Notes: a model not told the origin generated them from the letters alone. A stretch of 64,000 nucleotides of DNA from Octopus vulgaris (GCA_951406725.2 OX597815.1:75578001-75642000); one strand, 5' to 3'; shown: positions 1 through 13,627, counted from the stretch's first letter. Numbers and translations are program-made.

Positions 1-254
1 ATTATTTAAGGATGTTGAACGAAAAACCCATGTTTCCAGAAGTGAATTATCCAAACCCCAAAAGAATTCCTCTCAATACATGGCTATGATGGTTCGTGAT
101 CAGAGATGCACATATCGACGGCCTCTAAAGGACATGCTCAACTGGTTAACTTCAAACAACTAACAAGCAAATATTATTACTATTATTGAGTGAGAGAGCA
201 GTGCATGCCATCAAAGTGACACTGGGGTAAAATATACGAAGCCCAGTATACCCA
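1..254. mobile_element. Two fragments of an interspersed repeat (1-170, 186-254)
   Basis: Recognised from memory as a common Octopus-type repeat (GGATGTTGAACGAAA..., TTGAGTGAGAGAGCAGTGCATGCC...). No second copy in the window, so it cannot be verified here. Confidence 0.35.
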
Positions 255-294
255 ATTATTATTATTATTATTGTTATTATTATTATTATTATTA

Positions 295-356
<62 letters not shown>

Positions 357-369
357 TGTTGTTGTTGTT

Positions 370-435
<66 letters not shown>
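255..435. repeat. Compound microsatellite (TTA)n-(TTG)n-(TAG)n
   Basis: Directly visible. Confidence 0.97.
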
Positions 436-436
<1 letters not shown>

Positions 437-997
437 GCCAAATTATTCAGACATTATTCTCAGATACCTACTTTTGCCTGACGTGGATCACTTTTAAGCT
501 GAAAGATCTTTAGAGACCTTCTCCTACTGAGACATGACAGCTGTCTCCTGCAACAGATGTAAACTTTAACAACATATATTAAAGAAACACAACCCTTCTT
601 TTCTTCAATGAAGAACAACTCGCATCTAAATCCTTTATGAACCTTGTCAATGTTAGATCCCACGACTTTTTGTCATATCTCATAGCAACCATAGTATTTA
701 TCACATTGTCACAACTGCGTCTCAAAGTTATTTTTCTTTTTTCTTTTTTTTTTTTTGAGCCAGAAACTACTTCAGCTTCTACTTTCTACAAATGGCAGCC
801 ATTTCACCCCCAAATCCCACACTACCCCCCAGGAAAACTATTTTCTACACTTTTTAGGCTAAGGAAAACCTCTAATAAAGGCACCAAGGTTTCTTCTCAA
901 TCCGAGAGCTCTAAGGAAGATTTTCTCTTAACACTAGAATTAATACTATTACTGTCTTCGCTAGAAATCTCCAAACATTTAATAGTATCATCTCCGA

Positions 998-1165
998 CAT
1001 CATCATCGTCATCATCATTAACATTATCGTCTTTGTCATCATCGTCATCATCATCATCATCGTCATCATCATCATCAGCAGCAGCAGTAGCCCGAACATC
1101 ATCGACATTATCCTCTTCGTCATCATCGCCCTCATCTGTATCATCATCATTATCAATCATCATTA
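998..1165. repeat. Degenerate (TCA/TCG)n tract
   Basis: Directly visible. Gives poly-Ser on + and poly-Asp on -. Confidence 0.9.
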
Positions 1166-1452
1166 TTTTAGTAGAATTATGTTATCTTTATTTTTACTTT
1201 CATTTCGCGAGCTTTCGCAACACAACCCAATACAGCCTTGCGTGCGTTGGGTGTTTGCATTTTTTGCGGGTGGCGGCGGATTCTTGTTTGCATTTTATTT
1301 CTTTTTCGTTATGCTATACGTATATGTGCCTGTAATACTTACGGTTTTTTTCCTGGATGCTATATATATGTGTATACATGTGCACGATCGTGAGTGTGTA
1401 TGTGTGCATGAATAAGTCTTGAGATTTTCGTTATATATTTCTTTGCGTGTTT

Positions 1453-1622
<170 letters not shown>

Positions 1623-2025
1623 ATCACCATTATTCCTGGAGTTCTTAATCAATTATGCATTTGAATTTCTTCTAAACGTACCTGAATGTGTGTGAGTGTA
1701 TGTGTGTGTGTGTGTATTAATCTTAATTTCTTGCTCATTTATTTCTCTAAATGTTTTAAGAATTTTATGGGAATTTCTTTGCAGTTTTCTTCAAAATGTC
1801 TTTCGCTTCTACTTTCTTGTATCATCGTACACAATTTATTCATTTTATCTTTCTTTTTTCTTTTTGTATTTGCTTTCGCCTCTTCTCTGTCCTTATTTTC
1901 TCAATTATCATCATCATCATCGTCGTAGTCATCATTATTGTCTTTTATTATAGAATTTCTGAAAAGTTACTAAAGAAAATGTGTATATACATACACACAT
2001 ACATAAATATGTATAATATATATAT

Positions 2026-2092
<67 letters not shown>

Positions 2093-2132
2093 TATAGATA
2101 GATAGATATTCATATGCATTTATGTATATATA

Positions 2133-2276
2133 TACAATAATGCCTCGATATACGAGTTAATTCGTCCCGAGAGAACGCTCGCAAAGCGAAAACTCGTAAA
2201 CAGAAACTAAAACTAATAAAAGCTCGTAAACCCCAGGACTCGTAAAGCGGGTTCCTCGTAAAGTCCTGTTTTACTG

Positions 2277-2278
<2 letters not shown>
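2133..2278. mobile_element. Tigger/pogo-like MITE
   Basis: Termini TA-CAATAA...TTACTG-TA (imperfect CAGTAA TIR, TA target). Four internal CTCGTAAA repeats plus one CTCGCAAA. Lies in a TA tract. Confidence 0.6.
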
Positions 2279-2311
<33 letters not shown>

Positions 2312-2314
2312 ATG

Positions 2315-2368
<54 letters not shown>

Positions 2369-2373
2369 GTATG

Positions 2374-2422
<49 letters not shown>

Positions 2423-3202
2423 ATATGTTGTTCCGGATTCCCACTACTCGGTACATTTACCAAGTGTCTTCTAGTATGAGTGTGTATATGAGCATGTGCA
2501 CGTGTGTGTGTGCGCAGTTGAGCGCATGCGCGTGTGTTCGCGCACAATTTGTCTGTGTCCCTGTCCGTTCATGCGTTTCATATAACATCATCATTGCAAT
2601 CATCGACTATAAAAAAAAGTACTTATACATATTTGCTAGTGTACTGTAAGTAGATACTATACAATGTCACAATTAGATTCATTTAAGTTTTGCAATAATA
2701 CACGGTCACAATATGCCTCATAGTCTGTATATAGTTATATAAATCACTTCCAAAATAAATTACTTATTCAAAATGGCCAGTTCAAAGGGAGTGGGAGAAG
2801 GTGTTGATCACAAACATTGTTGCAACAGACACACCTCAAAAGACGTGGAAATAATGTAGGAAAGTTTAAAACATTTCTTCGTTAAATTTATCAACCCTAT
2901 GTTAAAAATTACGAAGTTTATAAAATTATGTAAATACGAGTATGCCGACCATCCCACAATCTGATTGAATGGTTCTTTCTCTGCGAATGTAAATCAACTG
3001 AAAAATTAATTCCATTTTCCATTTTTTTCTCACATTATCTTCCTTTCTATTTGCTTATTGCTAATGATTAGTTCTATGATTTTAATTCCTGTCTCAAATT
3101 CAGAGTTAAATTTCAATAAATTTAGAATTATTGAACGTGTGTAGAAACACGCAAGCACACGCACACGCACACACATGTGCATATATACACAACCACACAC
3201 TA

Positions 3203-3252
<50 letters not shown>

Positions 3253-3677
3253 GTGTGTGTGTGTGTATACAGGCATTTATTGAACTTACAGATATAGTAT
3301 GTATGTATGTATGTATGTATGTATAAGGGACCAATAGTCTGTAACGAGTTCTAGGTTACAGACTATTCAAACGATTAAATTAGAAGATACAGGAACAATA
3401 TATAGGGAAAGATATTTTTGAAAACACACTGAAAATGAATATTCATAGAGATACGATTGGTTTCCGGAAAATCGTTAGGAAATACGTCACACTTTCACAT
3501 GTTCAATCGTTTTATACGCAAAACACGATTTGTAAATCATTCACATATAAAACGTGTGGTATTTTCATGTCTTCAGTATCATATTTGTAAAAGGTATGGA
3601 ACTTGGCTACTGCTAGCAATGTTTCAGTGTCGATGAATAAAAGAATATTTTAGATTTCATTATATGACTATCTTTAA

Positions 3678-3943
3678 AGGCAGAGGAAATAAATCAGCTT
3701 GGTACTACAGGGTGGAAAGCCCAGCGAGCTGACAGAATCGTTAGCACGCCGAGCGAAATGGTAAGCGGCATAAGCGGCATTTCGTCTGTCTTCACGTTCT
3801 AAGTTCACATGACACCGATATCGACTTTGTCTTTAATCTTTTAGGGGTGGATAAAATAAGCACCAGTTGATCACTGGGGTCAATATAATTGACTTAGTCC
3901 TTCCCCCAAAATTTCAGGCCTTGTGCCTTTAGAAGACAGGATT
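3678..3943 (+). mobile_element. tRNA-derived SINE family B with TSD and a 44-bp inserted segment at its 5' end
   Basis: Head AGCGAGCTGACAGAATCGTTAGCACGCC and tail TTTCAGGCCTTGTGCC match the copy at 38618-39010. Flanking 22-bp direct repeat ATTATATGAC(T/C)ATCTTT(A/C)AAGG at 3659-3680 and 3941-3962. Confidence 0.85.
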
Positions 3944-5279
3944 ATATGACCATCTTTCAAGGTTTGGACAATCTCTTCTGTGGAAAATAAACTATTTTAG
4001 CCGGTTAGTTGTAGAAAAATTCCTCAATAATTATTGATGAAAGAGTCAGCAAAATTTGAATTTTTACAGACGCAGCCAATAAAATGTTGTTGCTGCAGCA
4101 GTTGTTATTCTTGCTGTTTGTGGGGAGCAAACTTCTCTAACACAACTCCAGAGAAAGTTGACTTTGCCATGGTTATTTTTATAATTTTGTTAGCAAGGGA
4201 AACTTAGGAACATTTTTTTGCATACAAGCCCCTTTATCTGGGGGCGGAAAAATAAAATTTGGCTTTGACTCTTTTTTTATTTTATATTTCTGCAATCATT
4301 GTTTACTAATTAATTGAAGGCGACTAATCCTGAAAGAAATGCCAGAAACGTGGCAGCGGCAGACGCGACTAAAAAAAAAAAAAGATTCGAAAAATTTTCG
4401 GAAGTTTTTAAAAGGACGAGCATTTAAACCAAAAAAAAAAAAGTCGAAAAATCATTTCAGTTGTACAGATAGGCGCGTTTGTAAAGAGACAGATGCAACA
4501 ATGTATGATGAATCTCGAAGACCACAAGACTCTCCCAGAGTTGTAACCTATTCTGTGTACAGAGAGGAAATAAATCAGCTTGGTACTACAGGGTGGAAAG
4601 CCCAGCTGTTTGTTATATGACTTGCAGTGAGAAATATTTAAACGCTTTCAGTCCAATGATAAAGGGAAAATAGAGGAGAAAATGTGGTGGTGAGCAGAAG
4701 CAACAATAACAGCAACAATAACTGCAGCAGCAGCAGCAGGACTCAGAAGTCACTATTTCTTGAGCACCACTGGTTGCAGCTTTCGAAAGAAATAATCTCG
4801 TCCTCTGTACCAGGATCTGATCTTCAACAAGTCTCCATACAGCTATTCTTCTGATGTTCTATTGTTGTAAAGTTATTCAACTTCTCTAGATTTGTGTCTC
4901 TGATTATCAGTTAGGAAATACTTTCCAACGAGTGTCGTTTTAACTCCCATGATGTTATCTACATCATGCATGGAGACCTAAACCACAGATGCATTTTGGG
5001 ACCTGGTGATTTGTAGTTCTCCAAGGGATATGATGTGACATGCAAAGGCTGCTTGAATTACTGAGATACCTTTGCCAACGTTTTGTTTTATGTACATATA
5101 ACGATGGCCTATATCGCGGCTGATGCCGACATTTTTGGTGTAAATATATGTATGTATATGCATACATATATGTTTATGTATATATATCAACATGTATACA
5201 TGCATGTATGTATTTATGTATGTATACATATATATCTATATATGTATACATACATGTGTTTTCATTACTCTTCAGCCAG

Positions 5280-5384
5280 AATGTTGCTGATAGTGACTTC
5301 GAAGTTTCGGACAGCTAAGCCATCGTCAGACATTTCTACGATGGCTTAGCTGGCCGAAACTTCGAAGTGACTATCAACAACATT
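5280..5384. repeat. Fold-back inverted repeat (about 47-bp arms) containing a hammerhead motif
   Basis: AATGTTGCTGATAGTGACTTCGAAGTTTCGGACAGCTAAGCCATCGT pairs with ACGATGGCTTAGCTGGCCGAAACTTCGAAGTGACTATCAACAACATT, with a few mismatches. Confidence 0.9.
5291..5334 (-). ncRNA. Minimal type I hammerhead ribozyme motif
   Basis: Minus strand reads CTGACGA-TGGCTTAGCTGTCC-GAAA-CTTCGAA-GTC-ACTA. Core boxes are intact, stem III is palindromic (ACTTCGAAGT), site is GUC. Stems I and II are imperfect. Confidence 0.65.
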
Positions 5385-6173
5385 TTTATTTAAGAACAAT
5401 AATTTGTACTTTACAAACGTATAGAGTAACCATTAGATTAATGTAAAGTTGTTTTTATTATGACTGAACATAAAAACAAACAGCATATATATATATCGTT
5501 TGCTTATATATACACACATAAATATATAGTGTGTATTTGTTAATATTTTATCCAAGTATTTTAATATCTCTTAATATATTGTGTAATGTTCTCATCTATT
5601 CCTTCGTCATTTTTTATATAAACTGTGTATATTTCCCCCACACGCCTTGTAACATGTAATTATTTCATGGGTGCCTGTCGCAAACAAATTGTAGTAGTAG
5701 TAGTAGTGGTGGTGGTGGTGAACGGATATTAGAACTATGTTTGAGAAATTTTTTTAATTTTCAGTTTTTTCGTTACATTCTTTTCTTCAATTTTATTAGA
5801 TCGAAGTTATTTAATTTTTTTTGTCAGATGTCTCGGCCACATATTTAAGAAGTTAGGTTATTTAATTTAATATTAAAAACAGTCTTTTTTTTTTCACTAT
5901 CGTATATGAAATGTATATTTGCATGTTCACATGTTTATATGTATATTATATGTGTTTGTGCGTATGCTTACGTGGATGTGTATATGTATGTGTATGCGTA
6001 TACCAGCGTGTGCGTTTGAATTTTTTTTCTTTTCGTCTTTACTTGAGACACGGGAATACATTCAATATATTCAAGCCTACACACACACATTCACATACCC
6101 ACATACACTCATACACACAGACCTAAACATATATATATGTATATATTAATATATTTATATATACATTTATATA

Positions 6174-6212
<39 letters not shown>

Positions 6213-6360
6213 ACACACATATATATATGTATACATATATATACACACACAATATATTATATATATATATATGTATGTATGTATACATATATATATACAT
6301 ATAAACATATATATTCATATGCACATATATATATATAAACAAATATCTATATAAATACAC

Positions 6361-6391
<31 letters not shown>

Positions 6392-6492
6392 CAAACATGT
6401 ACATACATGCATAAATACATACATACGTTCGTACATAATACATACAGACTTACATGTTTATTACATATAAGTAACATATATGTGTGTGTTTG

Positions 6493-6554
<62 letters not shown>

Positions 6555-6843
6555 TAGGCATACTTATACACTAACACACTCGACTGACATCGGAATCTCT
6601 CCTTTTTTAATATAAAACTCAACTGCAGCTTATACAGAATCAAAGAGAAAAATATCTTCAGACGTTGTAAGAAACATTGTGTTTGTTCATTATTAACGCT
6701 GGTTTTGATTGATGAAATTAACTGAAACGTTAAGAAAAAGAAATAAAGGAAAGAAAATTAAATGTAATGGAGGAACATGGAAGATTTTAAAATTTTAAAA
6801 CCTAAAATAAATGACTGAAAACAAAATATAATAATAATAATAT

Positions 6844-6902
<59 letters not shown>

Positions 6903-6914
6903 CTGATGATGATG

Positions 6915-6988
<74 letters not shown>

Positions 6989-7045
6989 GGTGGTGGTGGT
7001 GATGATGACGGTGGTGATGGTGGTGATGTTGCTGATGCTGGTGGC
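6844..7045. repeat. (GAT)n-(GGT)n microsatellite
   Basis: Directly visible. Confidence 0.95.
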
Positions 7046-7600
7046 ATCTTTTATTTGCCACAGGGGACTCTGATGAACAGACATTACAAGGACAGTTTAC
7101 AATTTTGTGGGGATTTACATAAAAGAGGAAGATGAGGAAATGAGATAAAAGTATAATGATGATGATGATGAGGAGGATGAGGAGGAGGAGGAGGAGGAGG
7201 ACAACGACGATGATGACAAAGGAAATATCCGCTCTTCTCTCTTCAAAAGTGTTTTGAATAAATAAATAAATGAAATGTAAAAACAGACAGAATAAAAGAA
7301 TGAATGAATGTATAAATGAAAGAATGCAAGAAACAAAAAAACTAGACAATCTTCTAACAATTCTTTACATTCTTTCACTATCTTGCCTTTATTCGTTTTA
7401 TTTATTATTATTTTTTTTGTATTCGTATACATTGTTACCGATGCTTCTTTTGTGGTTTTTGTTTTTTGTAGGAGACATGAGAGTTCTATTGTCTTTGTTT
7501 TTCTATTTATGAAGTAAAAGTGAGAAAAAATTTCTTTCATTTAAGATTGTTGGCTATTGAGCAAGATGATTCTAACATCCGATCCGAATCACTATTTCCT

Positions 7601-7659
7601 TTCTTCTTCTTCTTCTTCTTCTTCTTCTTCTTCTTCTTCTTCTTCTTCTTCTTCTTCTT

Positions 7660-7690
<31 letters not shown>

Positions 7691-7725
7691 TTCTTCTTCT
7701 TTCTTCTTTCTTTCTTTCTTTCTTT
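7601..7725. repeat. (TTC)n microsatellite
   Basis: Directly visible. Confidence 0.95.
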
Positions 7726-8217
7726 TCTTGTTTCTTTTCCATCTTCTGGTTTATTTTCCTTCCACTTCTTCTTTCGTTTCGTTCCTCTTCCTCCACGTCT
7801 TCTACATCATCAGTTTCTTCATCATCATCACCATCATCATCATTGTTGTCTACAGTAACAGTAGCATCGTCGTCGTTATCAGTAACTATCCTCCTCCTTC
7901 TCATCATCGTCGTCATCATCACCACCACCACCATTGTTATTGCTTGTAGCAATAATATAGTGTTGAGACTTATGATGATAAAAGTATCACCATCATTATC
8001 ACTACCGTCATGATCACCATCATGAGTTACCAAACTCATCATCTTTATTAATATTATCATTTTCATCGTCATCACCTCACTAGACTTTGTACTTTTTCAT
8101 TTCTTCAGCAAGCCTTAGCTTTGTGAATCTTAATTATGAACAAAGTGTTCTTTTATCTTTAGTAAACCTATTGATTGATAGTAACTCTACAAATAGGTGG
8201 CATAAGCCCTCTGTCTA

Positions 8218-8254
<37 letters not shown>

Positions 8255-8305
8255 TACATACATATATATATGTATATATATATATACATACATACACACA
8301 CACAT

Positions 8306-8530
<225 letters not shown>

Positions 8531-9399
8531 TAGCTATATAGATATATATAGAAATAAACATCTTGTATGTATGTATGTGTGTATATATATATATATATAT
8601 TCCTGTATATATTCCGGTCAACGTATTTCCCTGGAGCGATTTCAATATGTTCTACGTTGATGATTCTCAACAAATGATCCTTTACTTCTAAACTTTCTTA
8701 TTACCAGGATCTTTCGAAATGCTAATATGTTAGACGAGTGTTTTTTTTTTATATAGCAAGTAATAGTTTGTCTATAAATGCAGTTTAGATATTTTAATCA
8801 ATATTTATTCATACTGTCAAATCCATGAAGCATGCAGCTACGAAAACTGTCGCAATTTTACACTTTCATTGCTAACATCTCTCTGACGAAATTTATCATT
8901 TCAACATTTAAGTTCCCCTCTGACATTCCTATAGAATATTTTTCTTTAAGTTTTTCGTTTTTGAATCTTTTCTTTCTCTCTTTTTTGGGCGTGTTCTGGT
9001 TTTCTTTCTTTTTTTCTAGTTGATGAAACAATTACTTCACAGTAGAATGTCTCTGATTTCAAAATAAAAATATATTGCGTTTTATTTCCGTTATGCACTT
9101 AGAATATTTCTACGCAATGTTAAATATGATTAGCAGTCGTTCTATGATATCTACAATGATAACAGTGACAATATTGACTAGCAATTGTTACAACAGGGTT
9201 TCTACTGTACCAATACTTAATATTGGGGCTTCTAGTTTTAATTTCATTTAATGCTTGTTGCCTTAAAGTCGGTTAATAAAAAAAAGAGTCAATTTAGGAT
9301 TCTACCAAGCAAGAGAGGAAACCGGGCTCATCTGCCATCTCTTTTTTATGGTTGACTTAAAATTGAATACTGAGAGATTCCTTAACATTGGGAAGTAGC

Positions 9400-9769
9400 T
9401 TAGCAAAGGATATTAAGACATCCTACGTTTGAAGAAATGCAAGAAACTGACAATAAAAAAAGATAGGCTGACCAGTGAAACACTAGCAAACGAAGATGAT
9501 ATAGGAACTGAACAACTTCGCAATCTACAATTATTTGGGAAGAGATGAAAGTAAAACTGTCTGAGTGAAAGATGTCTTTACTGGAACGAAAATGATTTTG
9601 TCACTCTCTCCTTCCTCTTTCCCCCTCTTTCTCTCTCTCTCTCTATATATATATATATTATATATGATCATACATACAAACTTACATGCATACATACACA
9701 CCACACACACACACACATGCATACATACATACATACATACATACATACATACATACATACATACATACA

Positions 9770-9867
<98 letters not shown>

Positions 9868-10250
9868 AACTCATCCCCATTGCCACTAAAAAGCATTTGA
9901 AGTGCCAATTATTAGATTACAAATATGGCTCTGTGATATTAGATTAAATTCTATAGATTATAATACGAGAATGGTATTCAAAAAATACTACATATTACAT
10001 ACAAAATTGTTTTTTACACCCAGTATGCCTGGAAGAGAAGGTTGTAAAGGACCATTACCTGTCAGGGAGCAATACAAGGAAGCAATAGTTAATGTTGCCT
10101 ATTTTATTTTCAACTCACGAAAAGGCCTTCGACGTGCATTTGTCGATCAGGATAAAAAGAAATATATTAGCAAATGCATTATATCCATAGCAACAAAATT
10201 GTCACAATAAAATTGGTATAGACTCGAACAGATGGAGTTAGAAAACAGAT
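9400..10250 (+). pseudogene. Highly degraded non-LTR (probably RTE-clade) reverse transcriptase remnant, split by a microsatellite at about 9620-9870
   Basis: Broken peptides occur in RT order: IIWEEMKVKLSE*KMS, LIPIATKKHL, HEKAFDV, DGVRK (compare IW...P..WK, IPI.KK, Y.KAFD.V, GVRQG). Many stops and frameshifts. Confidence 0.45.
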
Positions 10251-10274
10251 TAGTAACGAACTGGACATACTTTT

Positions 10275-10409
10275 AGGCGCAGTCGTGAATGTGTGGTAAG
10301 AGGTTTGCTTCCTAAACATATGGCCCAGGAAGGTGACTAATACTCTCGGGCAGACCAAAGCCTTGTGAGTAGATCTGGTAGGCAGAATCTGAAAAGAAGC
10401 CTGTCGTAT

Positions 10410-10456
<47 letters not shown>

Positions 10457-10465
10457 TGTGTGTAT

Positions 10466-10540
<75 letters not shown>

Positions 10541-10755
10541 AGGATATACATAGATCTATGTTTATTCACCACCGCTTGACAACCGTTGTTCGTTTGTTTA
10601 CGTTCCTGTAACTTAGCGATTCGACAAAAGAGAATGATAGAATAAGTGCCAGGCTTTAAAAAATAAGTCCTGGGTCAATTCGTTTGACTAAAAAAATTTT
10701 AAGGCAGTGCTCCAGCATGGCTGCAAGCAAATGACTAAAGCAAATAAAAATAAGA
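10275..10755 (+). mobile_element. tRNA-derived SINE family A with internal (GT)n
   Basis: Head AGGCGCAGTCGTGAATGTGTGGTAAG, body ACCAAAGCCTTGTGAGT, tail CTCCAGCATGGCTGCA...AATGACT. Many copies in the window. Confidence 0.85.
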
Positions 10756-11044
10756 TACCAAGACATAGGTCAAATTTAGTGCACAATCATGTAAGTGTGC
10801 CTGTATGTAGTCAATATTTTCCCGAACAGGGTGTCAAGTCTATGTGCGTACATGTATGTAAGTTTCTAAGTATGTATGTATGTATGTATGTATGTATGTA
10901 TGTATGTATGTATGTATGTATGTATGTATGCATGTATGTATGTATGCATGCATGTATGTATGTATCTATGTATGTATGTATGTATACATGCATGTGTGTA
11001 TGTATCTATGTATGTATGTATGTATGTATATACATGACATGACA

Positions 11045-11680
11045 TCACATCGTTCCTTTATTCATGTGAGACATGGACCCTTTACAAACGTCATGTAAGG
11101 GTCCTTGAACGCTTTCATCAGAAATGTCTCAAGCACATTCTGAATGTTGGCTGGAACTTAAAAACTCAAGACACACAGGTCCTGAGGACAGCTGATATCT
11201 TGAGTATTGAGGCGATGGTGCACAAGCACCGGTTACGTTGGACCGGACGCCTTATTAGAATGAAGGATAGCAGAATCCCTAAGCAGATGCTCTATGGGGA
11301 ACTTGTGAATAGAAAGAGACCGCGGCAGAAACCAAGGCTGCGATTTAAGGACTATATCAAGTCCTCATTAAAGGCCTGTGATATGCAGAAGACTAACTGA
11401 GAGTGCAATGCCTGTCATCGCCACAGATGAAGGAAGCAGATTAAGGAGGAGGTCGACACCTTTGAGAGAGAACTTAAGCGCGTTGCTCGAAAGCGCACTG
11501 CTGGTGTAGTGAATGGGGAAAAGCTTGGTTTGCAATGTTTGTAGTTGTATATGCTTGTCAAGACCAAGGTTCATTAGCCACCAACGGAGCCGCAAATGCA
11601 AAATGTAAATTAGTCCTAGAGCGCACAATGTTCCTGAATGTCAGCAATGATCTTCTTCGATCACGAGTAGACGGCCATCA
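11045..11680 (+). mobile_element. RTE-clade LINE 3' fragment
   Basis: Translates YSCETWTLYKRHVRVLERFHQKCLKHIL...HRLRWTGRLIRMKDSRIPKQMLYGEL...RPRQKPRLRFKDYIK, then a C-terminal CxxC..C....H-like knuckle. In-frame stops present. Confidence 0.9.
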
Positions 11681-11699
11681 TGTATGTATGTAGGTATTA

Positions 11700-13500
11700 T
11701 GTAATGTACGTACTGTTTTACATATCTATGTTATGTATGTATATGAAGTCTTCTGTAAGGAAGAAGCTGGTTTCTAACAAATATATCGAGCTCTATCTTT
11801 GGAATGTACATAAAAAAATGTCACATTTTAAACTTGAGGAAAGGCTTGTATATTCTCACTGTTGTGTTTGCTGATTGTATTTGTAATGTATGTGTTAACT
11901 TGTGGATTTCTTTCACTGAAAACACTAGCTTTTCCAGATCGAAACTTAGGCATATACTAACAAAACCATGTGTAGCAATTATTATTAGTACAAATGTAAT
12001 TTTATAATCTGGGAACAGAAGCTGTAGGTTTCAAAGAAGTATTCAGCTTTATTACATGTCTTTGTTGATTTCAGTGAGGTTTGAATTCTGTGTGACAGTT
12101 AAGAATCTTGCAGTTCCAGCTTTGAGCCCTGAACTTCTGAACCAGTGTAGTGATTTTTTTCTTCACTCTGTTTAGTTTTGTTTTCTTTCGTGTATTGCCT
12201 TGTAGGTGCTTTTATTGCCATCACTTTAGCAGGACATTCTGTCCTCCTAATTTTACGTTAGTTTTAGTTTTTACACAATGTCTGCTGTTTCCTCCAGTTT
12301 CTTCTCACAATTGTCGATCATTTTATCTTTTGTTGACACACTTGTACAAGCTTTTTCATTATTCGTTACTAGATATTTGTGTGGTTCTGGGATAGATATT
12401 TTATATTAGATTTCTTTGCTACATCATAAGCAGCTGCCTTCTCGTAATTATTGTAAATATACTCATTCTGTGTTTTGTCACCTTATTTAGCGTCCTGTTG
12501 AGTATATAACCCTAATTATTGCTGGAACACTTACAGTATCAGTGCCTATTATCTTAGTTTTGCTGTTTTCTTTCTTTTAAATATTAATCTAGCGCATCAT
12601 TAATATTCACTTCTCATCTTTCCTTTCATTTACATGTTGTATTCTATCTAGTTCATTGACTTTTAAGTATTTGTAAGTCTGTGTTTGGATCTAATCCTCT
12701 TGTGTCTGTTTCTTTATCTAGCACGATAAAAGTGTTCTTTCTTAATTATTATTCTCTCATCAATTTTTATTGGCGCATTTATCTAATCCAAATCTCATAT
12801 TAATTCCTCAAGTAAACACGTGTACTCTCTGTCTCAGTGTTTCTAGTTGCTTGGTGTTGACAACAGACAGAAAAGAAGTCGGAACAGATAGTCTCCCTGT
12901 AATATTCCTCTTCAGAGATGAGGGGAGATGGTATAATTTCCTTGTCTGCATCTCTAAAATTGTCATTTACTCATGATGGGCTTTTACTCATGATGCACTT
13001 TATGTATCTGCTTATTATTCATAAGATAATCATGCCAAATATTTCTAGATGCGGGGAACATTGGGAAATACCCTTGGCTATGCTCAAGCTCTTTATTCTT
13101 CGCCTGCAGTTTTCAATTACAGCCTTGTTGATCCGTAATTAATATTTATAGTTATAAGGGCTTGCAGCATATCTTCTAATCTTCATGAAACAGGTAGCTG
13201 TTTTCCCTCATGATTATTTATCCTCTATCGTATTATTGCAGAAAAAGCTTTTCTACGTTATAAAAATGCAAGTTATGGGGCTGTAGATTTAGGGCGCATC
13301 TCGAGTATCAAGATGGCTTTTCCCCACCACCCTTAGCCAGTCATCTGTCATCTTCAGTTCTTTCAGTATTTTATTAAATATTTCTACAAACATCTTATGA
13401 GTTTCCGTTCAATATTTTAATCTAAAGTTTGCAACTTTATCATATCTTTGTGCTTTGAAGTTACTTCTTTTCGCGTCTGGGCCACTTCATGTTCAAGTGT
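11700..13500 (-). mobile_element. R4/Dong-like (RLE-type) non-LTR retrotransposon, internally deleted and degraded
   Basis: Minus-strand peptides LRINKAVIENCRRR, RGILQGDYLFRLLFCL, INMRFGLDKCA, TYKYLKVNELDRIQH, and C-terminus NLQLLFPDYKITFVLIII...LEKLVFS...LQIQSANTTVRIYKPFLKF, homologous to the copy at 46301-46740. Confidence 0.85.
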
Positions 13501-13583
13501 TATGTATCTGTATCTAATGAGTATACGTATGTGTGCATACATATACATATAAGTACGTATTTATTTGCACATGTATAAATATG

Positions 13584-13627
<44 letters not shown>

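Noticed and set aside
4085-4900. Two short inverted similarities (4085-4120 vs 4700-4735 and 4140-4160 vs 4877-4898)
   Set aside because: Low complexity or short, and their order does not fit a single inversion.
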